Positions 40,639-50,995 of a DNA stretch of 64,000 nucleotides are shown in pieces. Both the position numbers and the translations under genes were made by a program. Within the stretch, counting starts at the first letter, position 1. Each line of letters begins with the position of its first letter. Below the pieces are notes generated by a model that was not told the origin of the DNA, searched no databases, and saw only the letters and a list, made by a program, of their open reading frames with translations. Location: NCBI GenBank assembly GCA_965205015.1, contig OZ242029.1:2336001-2400000 (forward strand), read 5' to 3'. Origin of the DNA: Candidatus Poribacteria bacterium (lineage in GTDB: Bacteria; Poribacteria; WGA-4E; WGA-3G).

Positions 40639-40708
40639 GCTCCAGCGGAGCGATATGTCTATAGCACGTGTGGGTTTTAGGTCTTCCGCTCCAGCGGAGC
40701 GGTATGTG
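40639..40708 (-). repeat. Tandem pair of CTATAGACAT-family REP-like repeats
   Basis: gctccagcggagcgatatgtctatag and gctccagcggagcggtatgtg. Confidence 0.7.
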
Positions 40709-40746
40709 ATTGGTAAAATTAATTTGGATACAATAGGTGATTCATT

Positions 40747-41661
40747 ATGTCAGATACTACAAACAAACCGAAACAAATGGTCTCATACGATACGTATGAT
40801 ATTGGCGGTTTGGATGGCGTGCCCTTTGATGAGGATTATTGTTCTGGCAAAACTATTGGTGAGATTATTGATAATGTTCTTCAAAACCTCAGGTATTGTG
40901 ATTATTGCTCAACTAAATTACTAAGAATTGAAGGGCAGGTTCATGAAGTAAGTAATTATCGGGACTATTGCTTTTGGTATTGTCGCAAGTGCCGTTTCTG
41001 GCAGGCACGCTTTCGTCCGGACCCATCCTGTTATGACATGCCACCACCAGATTTTCATGCGTATATCTCAAAACTCCGCGAGTTTAATGGAGATTTACCT
41101 GAGGGCTGTAATGAAGAGTTGGCTTCGCACATAAGACAGTGCCCTGCTTTGTTGCATTCTTTCAACCCTACGCGTTTTGAAAAATTTGTCGCGGACGTTT
41201 TCCGGGCCAATTATACGAATGCTGAAGTATTGCATGTCGGAAAGCCTCACGATGGGGGTGTTGATGTTCTGTTAATAGATACGGGAAAAGAGGATTGGCT
41301 CATACAGGTCAAACGTCGCAAATCTCAAAACCGTTCTGAAGGTGTTAATACTATTCGGAATGTACTGGGTGCTATGATTGAGAACAGAACTCACAACAGT
41401 ATTATAATCTCAACAGCTAAACAGTTTTCACGATATGCGATACAAACTGCTTCTGCGGCCAAGGTTAAACCTTATTGTATGACTATCAAACTTGTTGATA
41501 AAGGTGTCTTTAACAAAATGTTAGACCCAATCTTACCGGATCGTCCTTGGTTGGATCCTATCAGCGAAATTGATGAAGGAATAGCTAATTACCTTGCAGG
41601 TCGAATTCCAAGCGACAACCAACTTGATATGTTCAAGCCTCAAACTTTTCAACTGATATAA
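40747..41661 (+). CDS. Mrr-like (type IV) restriction endonuclease with N-terminal Zn ribbon
   Basis: PTRFEKFVADVF, DGGVDV and LIQVKR; CDYC...CRKC. Confidence 0.8.
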   Translation: MSDTTNKPKQMVSYDTYDIGGLDGVPFDEDYCSGKTIGEIIDNVLQNLRYCDYCSTKLLRIEGQVHEVSNYRDYCFWYCRKCRFWQARFRPDPSCYDMPPPDFHAYISKLREFNGDLPEGCNEELASHIRQCPALLHSFNPTRFEKFVADVFRANYTNAEVLHVGKPHDGGVDVLLIDTGKEDWLIQVKRRKSQNRSEGVNTIRNVLGAMIENRTHNSIIISTAKQFSRYAIQTASAAKVKPYCMTIKLVDKGVFNKMLDPILPDRPWLDPISEIDEGIANYLAGRIPSDNQLDMFKPQTFQLI

Positions 41662-41671
41662 GAGATAACCC

Positions 41672-43791
41672 ATGCCAAGACTCACCGAACAGGAACAACA
41701 AGAAATTATTCGCTTCATTGAGGCAGACAAACCGCTGCCCGACAAATACCGCTTTTTGCTGTTTGAAGACAAACGCGAGGTCGAACTCGTCTGGAACGGC
41801 AAAACCAACGAAGTCTGCAACATCGTCCTACCTTTTCAAACAATCGAACAGGTAGACGAACCGCGCGCCGAAAAACTGACCGAAGACAACCTGCAAACTC
41901 TGCTTTTTGACACCCGCGGACGCCAACGAAAGGGTTGGACCAACAAACTCATCTGGGGTGACAACAAACTGGTTTTGTCATCGCTCAAGAACGGACCCCT
42001 GCGCGAGGAGATTGAGGCACAAGGCGGGCTCAAACTCATCTATATTGACCCACCCTTTGACGTGGGGCGGATTTTTCCATGGATATCGAAATTGGTGAGG
42101 TGACCTTTACCAAAGATCCAAATATTCTTGAGGAGATAGCCTACCGCGATACTTGGGGACAAGGTGCGGATTCTTTCCTTACTATGATCTATGAACGGTT
42201 AGTGCTAATGCGAGATTTGCTAACAGAAGATGGCAGTATCTATGTACATTGTGATTGGCGGGTTAATAATTATATCAGGTCGGTGTTAGATGAGATTTTT
42301 GGGAATTTTCGTGACGAAATTATATGGTTCTATCCAAACTCTGGATTAAAGGCAAAATCAAAAAAATTCCATCAAGTTCATGATGTGCTTTTTCATTTCA
42401 CTAAAAGTAATAATTTTATTTGGAACGAGCAGCGCGAGCCGTTTGATGATGGTAAAGTTAAGCGACAACCTATGCGAAAATTTAATTCTACCACTAAAAA
42501 AGCGGATGTTGTACGAAATCACGATGGCAAGATTCTGTATGTTGAAGTAGTTGATAAACTTGTAAATAGTGTTTGGCGAATTCCTATGTTGAATATTGGA
42601 GGTGAGATTGTCGGTTACCCTACTCAAAAACCCGAAGCCCTCCTTGAGCGCATCATCAAAGCGTCCTCTAATGAAGGCGACCTCGTTGCTGATCTCTTCT
42701 GCGGTTCCGGTACCACTGCTGCCGTTGCTGAAAAACTGGGGCGCAAGTGGATTGCTACAGACCTCGGTAAATTCGCCATTCATACCACACGTAAGCGGAT
42801 GATTGGTGTTCAGCGTCAACTCAAAACGGACGGTAAAAACTATCGCGCTTTTGAAATTCTCAATCTCGGCAAATACGAACGGCAGCATTACCTTGGTGTC
42901 AATCCAAATCTACGTGAAGTTGAACAACAGAAACAATCGGCAGAGAAGGAAAAGGAATTCATTGATCTCATCCTACGCGCTTACGCTGCCGAGAAAACAG
43001 ACGGTTTCACCAATTTTCAGGGTAAAAAAGCGGGACGGCTTGTCGCAATCGGTCCTGTCAATCTACCGGTGACGCGGCTGTTCGTAGAAGAAATTATCCT
43101 TGAGTGCCGCAAGCATCAGATTACGCGGGTAGACGTTCTCGGTTTTGAATTCGAGATGGGGTTATTTCCTAACGTTTTGGACGAAGCGAAAAGCAAAGGC
43201 ATAGACATCGCACCGAAATTCATTCCCGCCGAAGTGTTCGACAAACGCGCAATAGAGCAAGGTCAGGTGGTGTTTCACGACATGGCGTTTATTGAGGTCA
43301 AACCCCATATCACCACTGGGGAGAAAGACAAACCCGCAATCGTAACGGTAGAGCTAACCGATTTTTCTGTCTTTTACTCACAAGACTCTATCTCCAACGC
43401 TGAGCAGACCCTCAAAAACAGGGGCAGTCGCATCGTGGTAGAAAAAGGGCAAGTCGTGAAAGTGAGTAAAGATGCTGATGGGATTGTCAGTCGTGAGGTG
43501 CTAACCAAGCACTGGACGGACTGGATCGACTACTGGTCGGTTGATTTCGACTTTGAGAGCAAACACGAGATTATCCGTATGCAAGATTCAAAAACAGGCG
43601 AGTGGGAAGAACAGTGGACAGGCGACTATGTCTTTGAAAACGAGTGGCAGAGTTTCCGTACCAAAAAGGACCGCTCCTTAGAATTGACCAGCGTTGCCCA
43701 CGAATGCGAACCCGGTCGCCGCAAAATCGCCGTCAAAGTGGTAGATATTTTTGGCAATGATACAATGACGATTGTGGAGGTTTCAGTGTGA
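41672..43791 (+). pseudogene. mod: Type III modification methyltransferase Mod, frameshifted at G4 (42064-42067)
   Basis: YIDPPF in the first ORF; [10 protein letters not shown] and DLFCGSGTT in the second. One extra G restores [17 protein letters not shown]. Confidence 0.85.
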
Positions 43792-45329
43792 GAATCAGAT
43801 CCATATACTTGAAAGATTTTAAACGATTTGTGGACTTAACAATTGAAGACATCCCCAACACAGCACGACTGGTTATTTTAGTTGGTCCCAGTGGTAGCGG
43901 GAAATCATCTCTATTTGAAGCTATTAATGTTTGGGGGAAAGACTATAGTTATAGCCATTATGATCCTGAATACTATAAGAGAGATGTACAACCGACAAAT
44001 TTTCAGGCCAGGGAAGTTTTCCATAATCTTGGTGTAACTATTGAAGCTGATGATCTGCCTGCAAATTTAGGTGCGGCTTGTTATATTCGTTCAGCATATA
44101 GACATACTCCAAAATTCAGTATTTCTTCCATGACAAGAATTGATGAAACTGAATATTGGCGACATCAAGGACAACGGAATTTCTCCACACCCGATGATGA
44201 AGTACAAAAAAATTATCAGAGGGTATACGGACAAATGATGAAAGAAATTTTTAACCCTAAAGTCCTCACTAATGTGAATATTAGAGAAGAAGTTATTGGT
44301 TTAGTTCGTGATTCCTTACAATCAATCTTTCCTGACTTGCGCTTGCATTCACTCGAAGACCCTGAAGGTAGAGGCACTTTCTATTTTGAGAAAGGAGCGG
44401 CAAAAAAATATAACTTTGTAAATCTATCAGGCGGTGAGAAAGCAGCTTTTGACCTACTCCTTGACTTTATCATTCGGAGCGAATATTACTCAAATGCGGC
44501 AATGTGTATTGATGAACCAGAAGGGCATATGGGCTTAAGTGCGCAGGGAAAATTGCTTGAGGTGTTGTATGATTTGATTCCTGAGCAGTCCCAACTTTGG
44601 CTTGGAACACACTCCATTGGAATTCTACGAGCATCAAAAAAAATCTTAGAAGAAAACCCGGGGGAAGTAGTTTTTTTGGATTTTTCCGGACACGATTTTG
44701 ACCAAAAAGTCGAGATAAAGCCCATTACCAAACCTGACCGTGAACTTTGGCAGAAGCTTCACCAAAATGTTTTAGAGGATCTATCTGGTTTACTGGCACC
44801 AGAAAAAATCATTGTTTGTGAATCTGATCCAAATAGTGCAGCTTTTGATGCCCGTTGCTACAATAAAATTTTCGCTAAAAATTACCCCGATGCTTTGTTT
44901 GTTTCAGCCGGGGGCAAATCGGAATTAAATAAAATCATTCCTGTACTTCAGGATATCATACAAAAAGCAGAAATCTTCGTTGTACGAGATCGGGATAATT
45001 TGCTTCCTGAAAAGCGCAAGGAGCTTATTGAACAAGGTACCCGTGTTTTAACTCGCCGCCGTATAGAAGATTATCTTATTGATGACGAAGTGCTGGAGAA
45101 GTTCGCTAATGAGAATGGCTTAGATGTGTGCCAATTGCAAGAATTAAAAGACATTAATGGAGACGATAGTAAGGCGAGGAGCGGACAAATATATCAAAAA
45201 ATTAGTAAGGGATACGGATTGATCATTGGGGACGATAGAGAGGAATTTCTGTCTGATGTGCTTGCTCCATTGTTTAGTGAAGATATGACTGTTTATCAAG
45301 AGTTGGAAAATGATATCTTTGGTCCCTAG
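43788..45329 (+). CDS. OLD-family-like ABC ATPase + TOPRIM nuclease
   Basis: [18 protein letters not shown] and THS; C-term IVCE..GGK..VRDRD. GTGA overlap with mod. Confidence 0.75.
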   Translation: MRIRSIYLKDFKRFVDLTIEDIPNTARLVILVGPSGSGKSSLFEAINVWGKDYSYSHYDPEYYKRDVQPTNFQAREVFHNLGVTIEADDLPANLGAACYIRSAYRHTPKFSISSMTRIDETEYWRHQGQRNFSTPDDEVQKNYQRVYGQMMKEIFNPKVLTNVNIREEVIGLVRDSLQSIFPDLRLHSLEDPEGRGTFYFEKGAAKKYNFVNLSGGEKAAFDLLLDFIIRSEYYSNAAMCIDEPEGHMGLSAQGKLLEVLYDLIPEQSQLWLGTHSIGILRASKKILEENPGEVVFLDFSGHDFDQKVEIKPITKPDRELWQKLHQNVLEDLSGLLAPEKIIVCESDPNSAAFDARCYNKIFAKNYPDALFVSAGGKSELNKIIPVLQDIIQKAEIFVVRDRDNLLPEKRKELIEQGTRVLTRRRIEDYLIDDEVLEKFANENGLDVCQLQELKDINGDDSKARSGQIYQKISKGYGLIIGDDREEFLSDVLAPLFSEDMTVYQELENDIFGP

Positions 45330-45440
45330 CGCAAAAAAATCGCAATGACATAGGGCGAAAGATACATCAAATAATAGATACATCCCTTTACAGACCTACT
45401 TCTGTTCCAAACGCAAAAGACATCTTTTAAGGAGATACCC

Positions 45441-45830
45441 GTGTCAGAAAATATTAGAATATCCATGTTTGAAGTCGTCGGGAGTCCTTTTTGCGTTGCC
45501 TCCGATGATGGGCAGAAGGTTCATAAACACCTGGATGCTGCTCTCAGAGCGAATCAAGAGGTCGTCCTCTCATTTCACAATGTCACAGCACTAACAGGTG
45601 CTTTTCTGAACGCCGCTGTAGGTCAGTTATATGGCACATTCAGTGAGGAAAAGATCCGTTCTCTGTTGAAAGTAGAGGATGCTGAGCAAGACGATGTGGC
45701 ACTGTTGAAGAGTGTTGTTAACAACGCAAAGTTGTACTTTAAGGATCCAGAGAGATTCAACCAAGCAGTTAGAGAAGTCATGGGCGATGATGACGATGAC
45801 ATAACAACAATTGTAGAGGTATCTGTATGA
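45441..45830 (+). CDS. STAS-like (DUF4325-type) protein
   Basis: CVASDDGQKV...VVLSFHNV..LTGAFLNAAVGQLYG pattern. AAGGAG RBS. Confidence 0.7.
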   Translation: MSENIRISMFEVVGSPFCVASDDGQKVHKHLDAALRANQEVVLSFHNVTALTGAFLNAAVGQLYGTFSEEKIRSLLKVEDAEQDDVALLKSVVNNAKLYFKDPERFNQAVREVMGDDDDDITTIVEVSV

Positions 45831-47218
45831 GTCTCACAGTCCACTTGAAAAACATTGGCATCCTAAAACAAGCAGAATTTTCGCTGGGGGACTTGACGCT
45901 TATTTGTGGTGAGAATAATACTGGTAAAACGTATATTGCTTATACACTGTATGGTTTCTTAAAGTCTTGGTCTAATGCTGGCTATATTTCGATTAGTGAG
46001 GATCAGATTCGTACCCTGCTTACGCATGGTGCTCTTAAAATTGAGTTAACACAATATGTCGAACAGGCAAATCAGGTACTTATGGCGGCATGTGAGAGGT
46101 ACCCTAATCAATTGGATGAGATATTTGCAGCACATGAGGGTACTTTTCATAACAGCAAATTCCACATTGATGTAGGCGAAAATAACGTACATAACAAAAA
46201 AATCAATGAAAAAATCATGACCGCGTATGAGGAGAATTTTAACTATTCAAAACACGAAGATAGTGAAATCCTAACAGTTAAGATAGAGATAGAAAAAGAT
46301 CGAAAAAAAATTGATCCGCATTTCGCGAGAATGCTCGTTGAACTTATTATTCTTAGGGCTTTTTTTTCGGATTATCTTCCTCGACCTTTTATCTGCTCAG
46401 TTGAACGAACGGGTACGGCTATTTTTCGCAGGGAACTCAATTTTGCTCGCAACCGACTACTTGAGGAAATGAGACGAGCGGATCAAAAAATTGATCCACG
46501 AGAATTGCTATTGAAGTCGTACCAAAGTTATCCTTCGCCGGTAGAAGATAACGTAGACTTTACACGTCAACTTGAAGATATTGCTAAAAGCAAAAGTTTC
46601 ATCGCTAAAGAACATCCTGAAATCTTAGAAGACTTTGCAGATATTGTCGGAGGCGAATATACTGTTACACAAAATGACCAACTCTACTATATCCCTAAAG
46701 GCACACAGCTCAAATTGACGATGGTGGAAAGCTCAAGTACTGCCCGCTCCCTCTTAGACCTCAGTTTTTATCTCAATTGTATTGCCAAAAAAGGGGACCT
46801 ACTGATGATAGACGAACCCGAATTGAGTCTCCATCCAGAAAATCAACGTCGTATCGCTAGACTCTTTGCACGACTCGTAAATTTAGGTGTCAAAGTTTTC
46901 ATCACTACCCACAGCGATTACATCATCAAGGAATTGAATACGCTCATAATGCTCAACCACGACAAGCCGCACCTGAAAAGAGTTGCTGAAGAAAATGGCT
47001 ATCAGGATAACGAGTTGATCAAAGCGGATCAGGTCAAAGTGTATATCGCGGAAAAAGCATTGCTGCCGTTAGAGGAGGGACAAAAGAGACGTAAAAGGGA
47101 GCACACACTCGTCCCAGCTGACATCGATCCCGAGTTCGGCATTGAAGTCGGCAGTTTTGACAAGACAATTGATACTATGAATAAGATTCAGCGGGACATC
47201 GTGTGGGGAGCAAAGTAA
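45827..47218 (+). CDS. ABC/AAA_21-type ATPase (defence-associated)
   Basis: GENNTGKT, ESSS, IDEPELSLHP and ITTHSDY. Confidence 0.85.
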   Translation: MSLTVHLKNIGILKQAEFSLGDLTLICGENNTGKTYIAYTLYGFLKSWSNAGYISISEDQIRTLLTHGALKIELTQYVEQANQVLMAACERYPNQLDEIFAAHEGTFHNSKFHIDVGENNVHNKKINEKIMTAYEENFNYSKHEDSEILTVKIEIEKDRKKIDPHFARMLVELIILRAFFSDYLPRPFICSVERTGTAIFRRELNFARNRLLEEMRRADQKIDPRELLLKSYQSYPSPVEDNVDFTRQLEDIAKSKSFIAKEHPEILEDFADIVGGEYTVTQNDQLYYIPKGTQLKLTMVESSSTARSLLDLSFYLNCIAKKGDLLMIDEPELSLHPENQRRIARLFARLVNLGVKVFITTHSDYIIKELNTLIMLNHDKPHLKRVAEENGYQDNELIKADQVKVYIAEKALLPLEEGQKRRKREHTLVPADIDPEFGIEVGSFDKTIDTMNKIQRDIVWGAK

Positions 47219-47223
47219 GATTG

Positions 47224-47781
47224 GTGAATGATATTATCATATTGCAAGAAATGCTCAGTACTGGTGCTCAAGTTCCTTTACAACAAACAGCAGGAAAGTG
47301 TTTCGTCACACTGAGAGATAAGCAAGCAAAGACAGCCGTAGAGATCACAGATCTTCCCCATAATTCAATTGTTATAAAAGCGGAAGTTTTTAAACCACCT
47401 AATGTTTTTAAGGGCTCAAAGGGTGAACGCAGACGAGCTGATTTCGTCATTGTGTCCCATGCAGCGACGGAAAAGTGGATTATCTGTATTGAAACTCAAG
47501 CAGGAACAGGTAAAGATCCAGAAGACGTTGAACAACAATTGAGAGGCGCGCAATGCTTTATCGGCTACTGTAAATGTATAGGAAAATCCTTCTGGAAATC
47601 GGCAGGATTTCTTGACGACTATCAGTACCGATTTGTAAGCATTTCAGGCATCAATATCAACAAACAAAGCACACGTTTCTACAAGCCAAGAAACCAATCG
47701 AGACAAAGGTTGCACAATACCCCCGAGGCTTTTCTGGAGTTTTTGGGGTATCAAAGTCTCTATTTCAATGAGTTGACCTGA
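47224..47781 (+). CDS. Putative PD-(D/E)xK-fold nuclease partner of the ATPase
   Basis: RRADFVIV...IICIETQ...QQLRGA, immediately downstream of the ATPase. Start uncertain. Confidence 0.55.
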   Translation: MNDIIILQEMLSTGAQVPLQQTAGKCFVTLRDKQAKTAVEITDLPHNSIVIKAEVFKPPNVFKGSKGERRRADFVIVSHAATEKWIICIETQAGTGKDPEDVEQQLRGAQCFIGYCKCIGKSFWKSAGFLDDYQYRFVSISGININKQSTRFYKPRNQSRQRLHNTPEAFLEFLGYQSLYFNELT

Positions 47782-47842
47782 GGACAAATTCTAATAAGAG
47801 ACTTTTACCTCCGCCTCTCAGGAGAATACAGGAGAAAAAGTA

Positions 47843-48718
47843 ATGACATACACAAACAAAGCAGCAATTGATATGGACTGGTATCCGCTCCCTGATGAAG
47901 AGATACGCCATTTTGACGACACAGGCTATCTCATCGTCCGGAATGTGCTGGATTCGGATACGCTTGGGGAACTCATTGAAGTCAGTGATCAACTCATGGC
48001 GAGTGATCGGATCGAGAATCGCCAACATAGCTCTAACAACTTATACGACAGTTTCCGAAATTGTATCTCCATTGACGATGCCTTCATTCCGCTACTCGCG
48101 CAGAAAACCATCCTACCTGTTGTGGTGCAACTTCTTGGTGCAGATTTGCAACTGATGACCTCACACCTGATATACAAACATCCGGATCCGCCAGGAACAC
48201 CCGATACCACACGCGCGCCGGGTTGGCACCGCGACTACGCTATCGCAACAAGAACACACGGTAACAAACTACCACGCATTTTACTAAAATGCGCCTACTA
48301 CTTTACCGATTTGAGTGAACCCAATTCCGGTGCGACACTTGTCGCTCCCGGTAGCAACCATCTCCTTGAACGGATCAGAATTCCAGAGGGACAGGCAGAT
48401 CCAGAAGGGGCACTCGAACCGAGCCTGCAACCCGGCGATTGCCTACTATTTGAGAATCGGATCTTTCATGCCGGGGCAACAAACCTAACTGCCCAGACCC
48501 GCAAAGCTGTGATGTTTGGCTACGGTTACCGTTGGGTGATGCCGATGGATTATCGGACACAGGAACAGACTTTGTTGGATAAGTTGTCACCACTGGAGCA
48601 GTATCTGGTGGGTGAACCCTTTAAAAAGACGAAAGAATATCATCCGGGTGGCGGTGAAAACCCACTCGTTCCATGGTGTGAGCAGCACGGCGCGCCAGCG
48701 GTGAGGCCCGTCGATTAA
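47843..48718 (+). CDS. Phytanoyl-CoA dioxygenase (PhyH) family
   Basis: FDDTGYLIVRNVL, GWHRD, VAPGSN and PGDCLLF..RIFH. Confidence 0.9.
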   Translation: MTYTNKAAIDMDWYPLPDEEIRHFDDTGYLIVRNVLDSDTLGELIEVSDQLMASDRIENRQHSSNNLYDSFRNCISIDDAFIPLLAQKTILPVVVQLLGADLQLMTSHLIYKHPDPPGTPDTTRAPGWHRDYAIATRTHGNKLPRILLKCAYYFTDLSEPNSGATLVAPGSNHLLERIRIPEGQADPEGALEPSLQPGDCLLFENRIFHAGATNLTAQTRKAVMFGYGYRWVMPMDYRTQEQTLLDKLSPLEQYLVGEPFKKTKEYHPGGGENPLVPWCEQHGAPAVRPVD

Positions 48719-48771
48719 CGCATTTGGGATAGGGATTGTAACCCCAATGGGGGAGAGGTTTGTAATCCCGA

Positions 48772-49581
48772 TTACGTTAAGGTAATAACGTCCTTTTTAA
48801 CGATCTCTTTCGTGTCATAGTGACCCGCTTGGGAGATGAGTTCCAGCGTTTCCGGGGACAATCGTGTTCTAACCTCTGGCGGCACCCGACTCTCACCGCG
48901 ATGCTGCGGTCTGTAGCGTAAGGTTAAGACGCAACGATAGCGGTCTTTCGGTTTCCACGGCAGCGCACCGTGCGTCAAGAGTTCAGAGATAATCACGAAA
49001 TCCCCTGCCTTTGGCGTGATGTTAACGACCCCTTCTGGAATATCATCGGCATCCTTAATTTTTCCGTTGTTGTAGAGGTGTTCAGGACGATCGAAAAGGG
49101 TCTTGTGTGTGCCGGGGACGACCAACAGTCCACCATCTCCGGGATGCACATCGTAGAGGTAGGGAAAAACGACAAAATCGTCACAAAAGATTCGACCGTT
49201 TCGGACCTCATAACGGTTGCAGTGCCATCCGAAATCTTCTCGCGCACAATGCAAGCGGAGTCCTTCTTCCGATTCCGACGCACCCGCCCGATCCGCTATC
49301 ATAGTTCCACGCATCAGTTGCGGTTTGTTATTCGTCAGTTCTTTGATGATGGGCCATGTTGATCGGTGCATTGTGAGGGCTTCTAAGGGTTTCGCAAAGG
49401 CAAAGCCGTTTGGAAGGTTTTTTTCGCTGGAATTAAATCCGGGTGGAAGCTTCTCGGTAGGGGTATTGATGTATTCATTTGCTGCTGCTTGTGCCGCTTT
49501 CAGTTCTGCGTCGGTCATGACATTCTTCAGGTGAAGGTATCCCGTAACATCGAAAAGATACCGTTGTTCAGGGGTCATCAT
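48772..49581 (-). CDS. Phytanoyl-CoA dioxygenase (PhyH) family
   Basis: YLFDVTGYLHL, GGLLVVPGTHK and AGDFVII..LTHG. Confidence 0.85.
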   Translation of the reverse strand: MMTPEQRYLFDVTGYLHLKNVMTDAELKAAQAAANEYINTPTEKLPPGFNSSEKNLPNGFAFAKPLEALTMHRSTWPIIKELTNNKPQLMRGTMIADRAGASESEEGLRLHCAREDFGWHCNRYEVRNGRIFCDDFVVFPYLYDVHPGDGGLLVVPGTHKTLFDRPEHLYNNGKIKDADDIPEGVVNITPKAGDFVIISELLTHGALPWKPKDRYRCVLTLRYRPQHRGESRVPPEVRTRLSPETLELISQAGHYDTKEIVKKDVITLT

Positions 49582-49656
49582 AGTATTTTACTCCTTGCCA
49601 TACAAATAGAACTTATGCAAAACTCATTTCTTTGCTGACGCGAGTGGAAGACGCTT

Positions 49657-49730
49657 GATTGGAAGGTTGGAAGATTGGGATCCCCATCCTTCCATTCTTC
49701 CATTCCCGATCCATCCTTCCGTCCTTCATC
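49657..49730. repeat. Octamer tandem/inverted repeat (GGAAGRTT / CTTCCAT)
   Basis: gattggaaggttggaagattggg...ccatccttccattcttccattccc. Confidence 0.5.
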
Positions 49731-50995
49731 TAAGCCGGTGCTTCCCACACGGGCCATTCACTGTCCTGTAACTGCTTGAAAAGTTTGTCAAAGGCTTCAC
49801 TACCGTCATCTTCCCATTCATCCAAACGCACACCGGGGGCATAAGATTCGTCCACGCCCTGCTTCATGAGGCGTTCGGCTTGTTGTAGGTTTCGGTAGTA
49901 ATGCTTTATGCCACCGGGTAAGGTGACAACAGAGATGTGTCGTTTCCATGTGGGTTCAGGTGTTTGGGAATACCGTTTCACAGCAGCTTCATCTAATGCC
50001 ACACCGAGACCGGGACCCTCTGGCACCTGCATAAATCCGCGCTGAACTTTGTGCGGTGCAACAATTAAGTCGCTTTCATAAGCGTGGCTTGCAGTGACAC
50101 CGGGTATGGTGGCTGTCGGAATCACAGCGCCCAGATGGCACGCAAATGCCGCCGTAATGCCAGTACCGACATACTGGAGCAGGATCGGTGTATTCGCGGC
50201 AGCGAAAGCCCACCCCGATGCCAGCGCGCTTTTGACACTTTCATGGCTACACAGCGCACCGTCAAAATCGCCTTCCCGAAGTCCAATCCACGGACCTGAA
50301 GGTTGACGCGAGGCACCCTCCCGGATAACGCCAACACCGTGCAGATAAAATGGAATCCGAATCTCTTGATGCAGCCGTCGCCAGCCCTCCACGTCATAAG
50401 CGAAAATCGGTTCTTCGAGACCCTTGACAACTGGAATTTTCTCCAATTCCCGTAGGATGGGGAGTGCTTTCTCAACGTTGATTAACGAGCCATTGAAATC
50501 GAACTCCACCCGAAAGTCGGGAGGCGCGACGTCTTGAATTGCCTGCGACTGCTCGACAACATCGTAGAAGGCACGCGCCTTACACTTCAAGCCGCGATAC
50601 CCACGTCCAGCAGCGACTTGAACCTCAGCGGCGGTGTCTTCAGGCGACATACACGGCATCCACCACCCCATCGCAACCCACTCCCGAACCTGTTGACCCA
50701 TCAATTTCCATGCTGGCAGACCGAGATGTTTGCCCATCAGGTCGTAGCACGCCATGTCGAGATTAAAACGTCCTTCACCCATGACGTGGTCGAACGGATT
50801 CGTGCCGAGATAGGTGTCCAGGACCTCCTGATCAAACGGCGGTCCCGGGTTCTCTCCGAGACCGACAAGACCCGTATCGGTATAAAATTTATAGACCGTG
50901 ACCAACTCCGTCATCGCGAAGTGGTAATATTTCTTGCGAATCCGTTCCTCATAAGGTACACGTAATGGAATAGATTCAATCTCGGTAATCTTCAT
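49730..50995 (-). CDS. Mandelate racemase/muconate lactonizing enzyme family
   Basis: MKITEIE start, DMACYDLMGK, KCK, FDFN, EEP and GPGLGV. Confidence 0.85.
   Translation of the reverse strand: MKITEIESIPLRVPYEERIRKKYYHFAMTELVTVYKFYTDTGLVGLGENPGPPFDQEVLDTYLGTNPFDHVMGEGRFNLDMACYDLMGKHLGLPAWKLMGQQVREWVAMGWWMPCMSPEDTAAEVQVAAGRGYRGLKCKARAFYDVVEQSQAIQDVAPPDFRVEFDFNGSLINVEKALPILRELEKIPVVKGLEEPIFAYDVEGWRRLHQEIRIPFYLHGVGVIREGASRQPSGPWIGLREGDFDGALCSHESVKSALASGWAFAAANTPILLQYVGTGITAAFACHLGAVIPTATIPGVTASHAYESDLIVAPHKVQRGFMQVPEGPGLGVALDEAAVKRYSQTPEPTWKRHISVVTLPGGIKHYYRNLQQAERLMKQGVDESYAPGVRLDEWEDDGSEAFDKLFKQLQDSEWPVWEAPA

Noticed and set aside
31052-47781. tRNA-anchored integrative island or prophage
   Set aside because: No integrase, no phage genes and no duplicated tRNA 3' end were found in the window.
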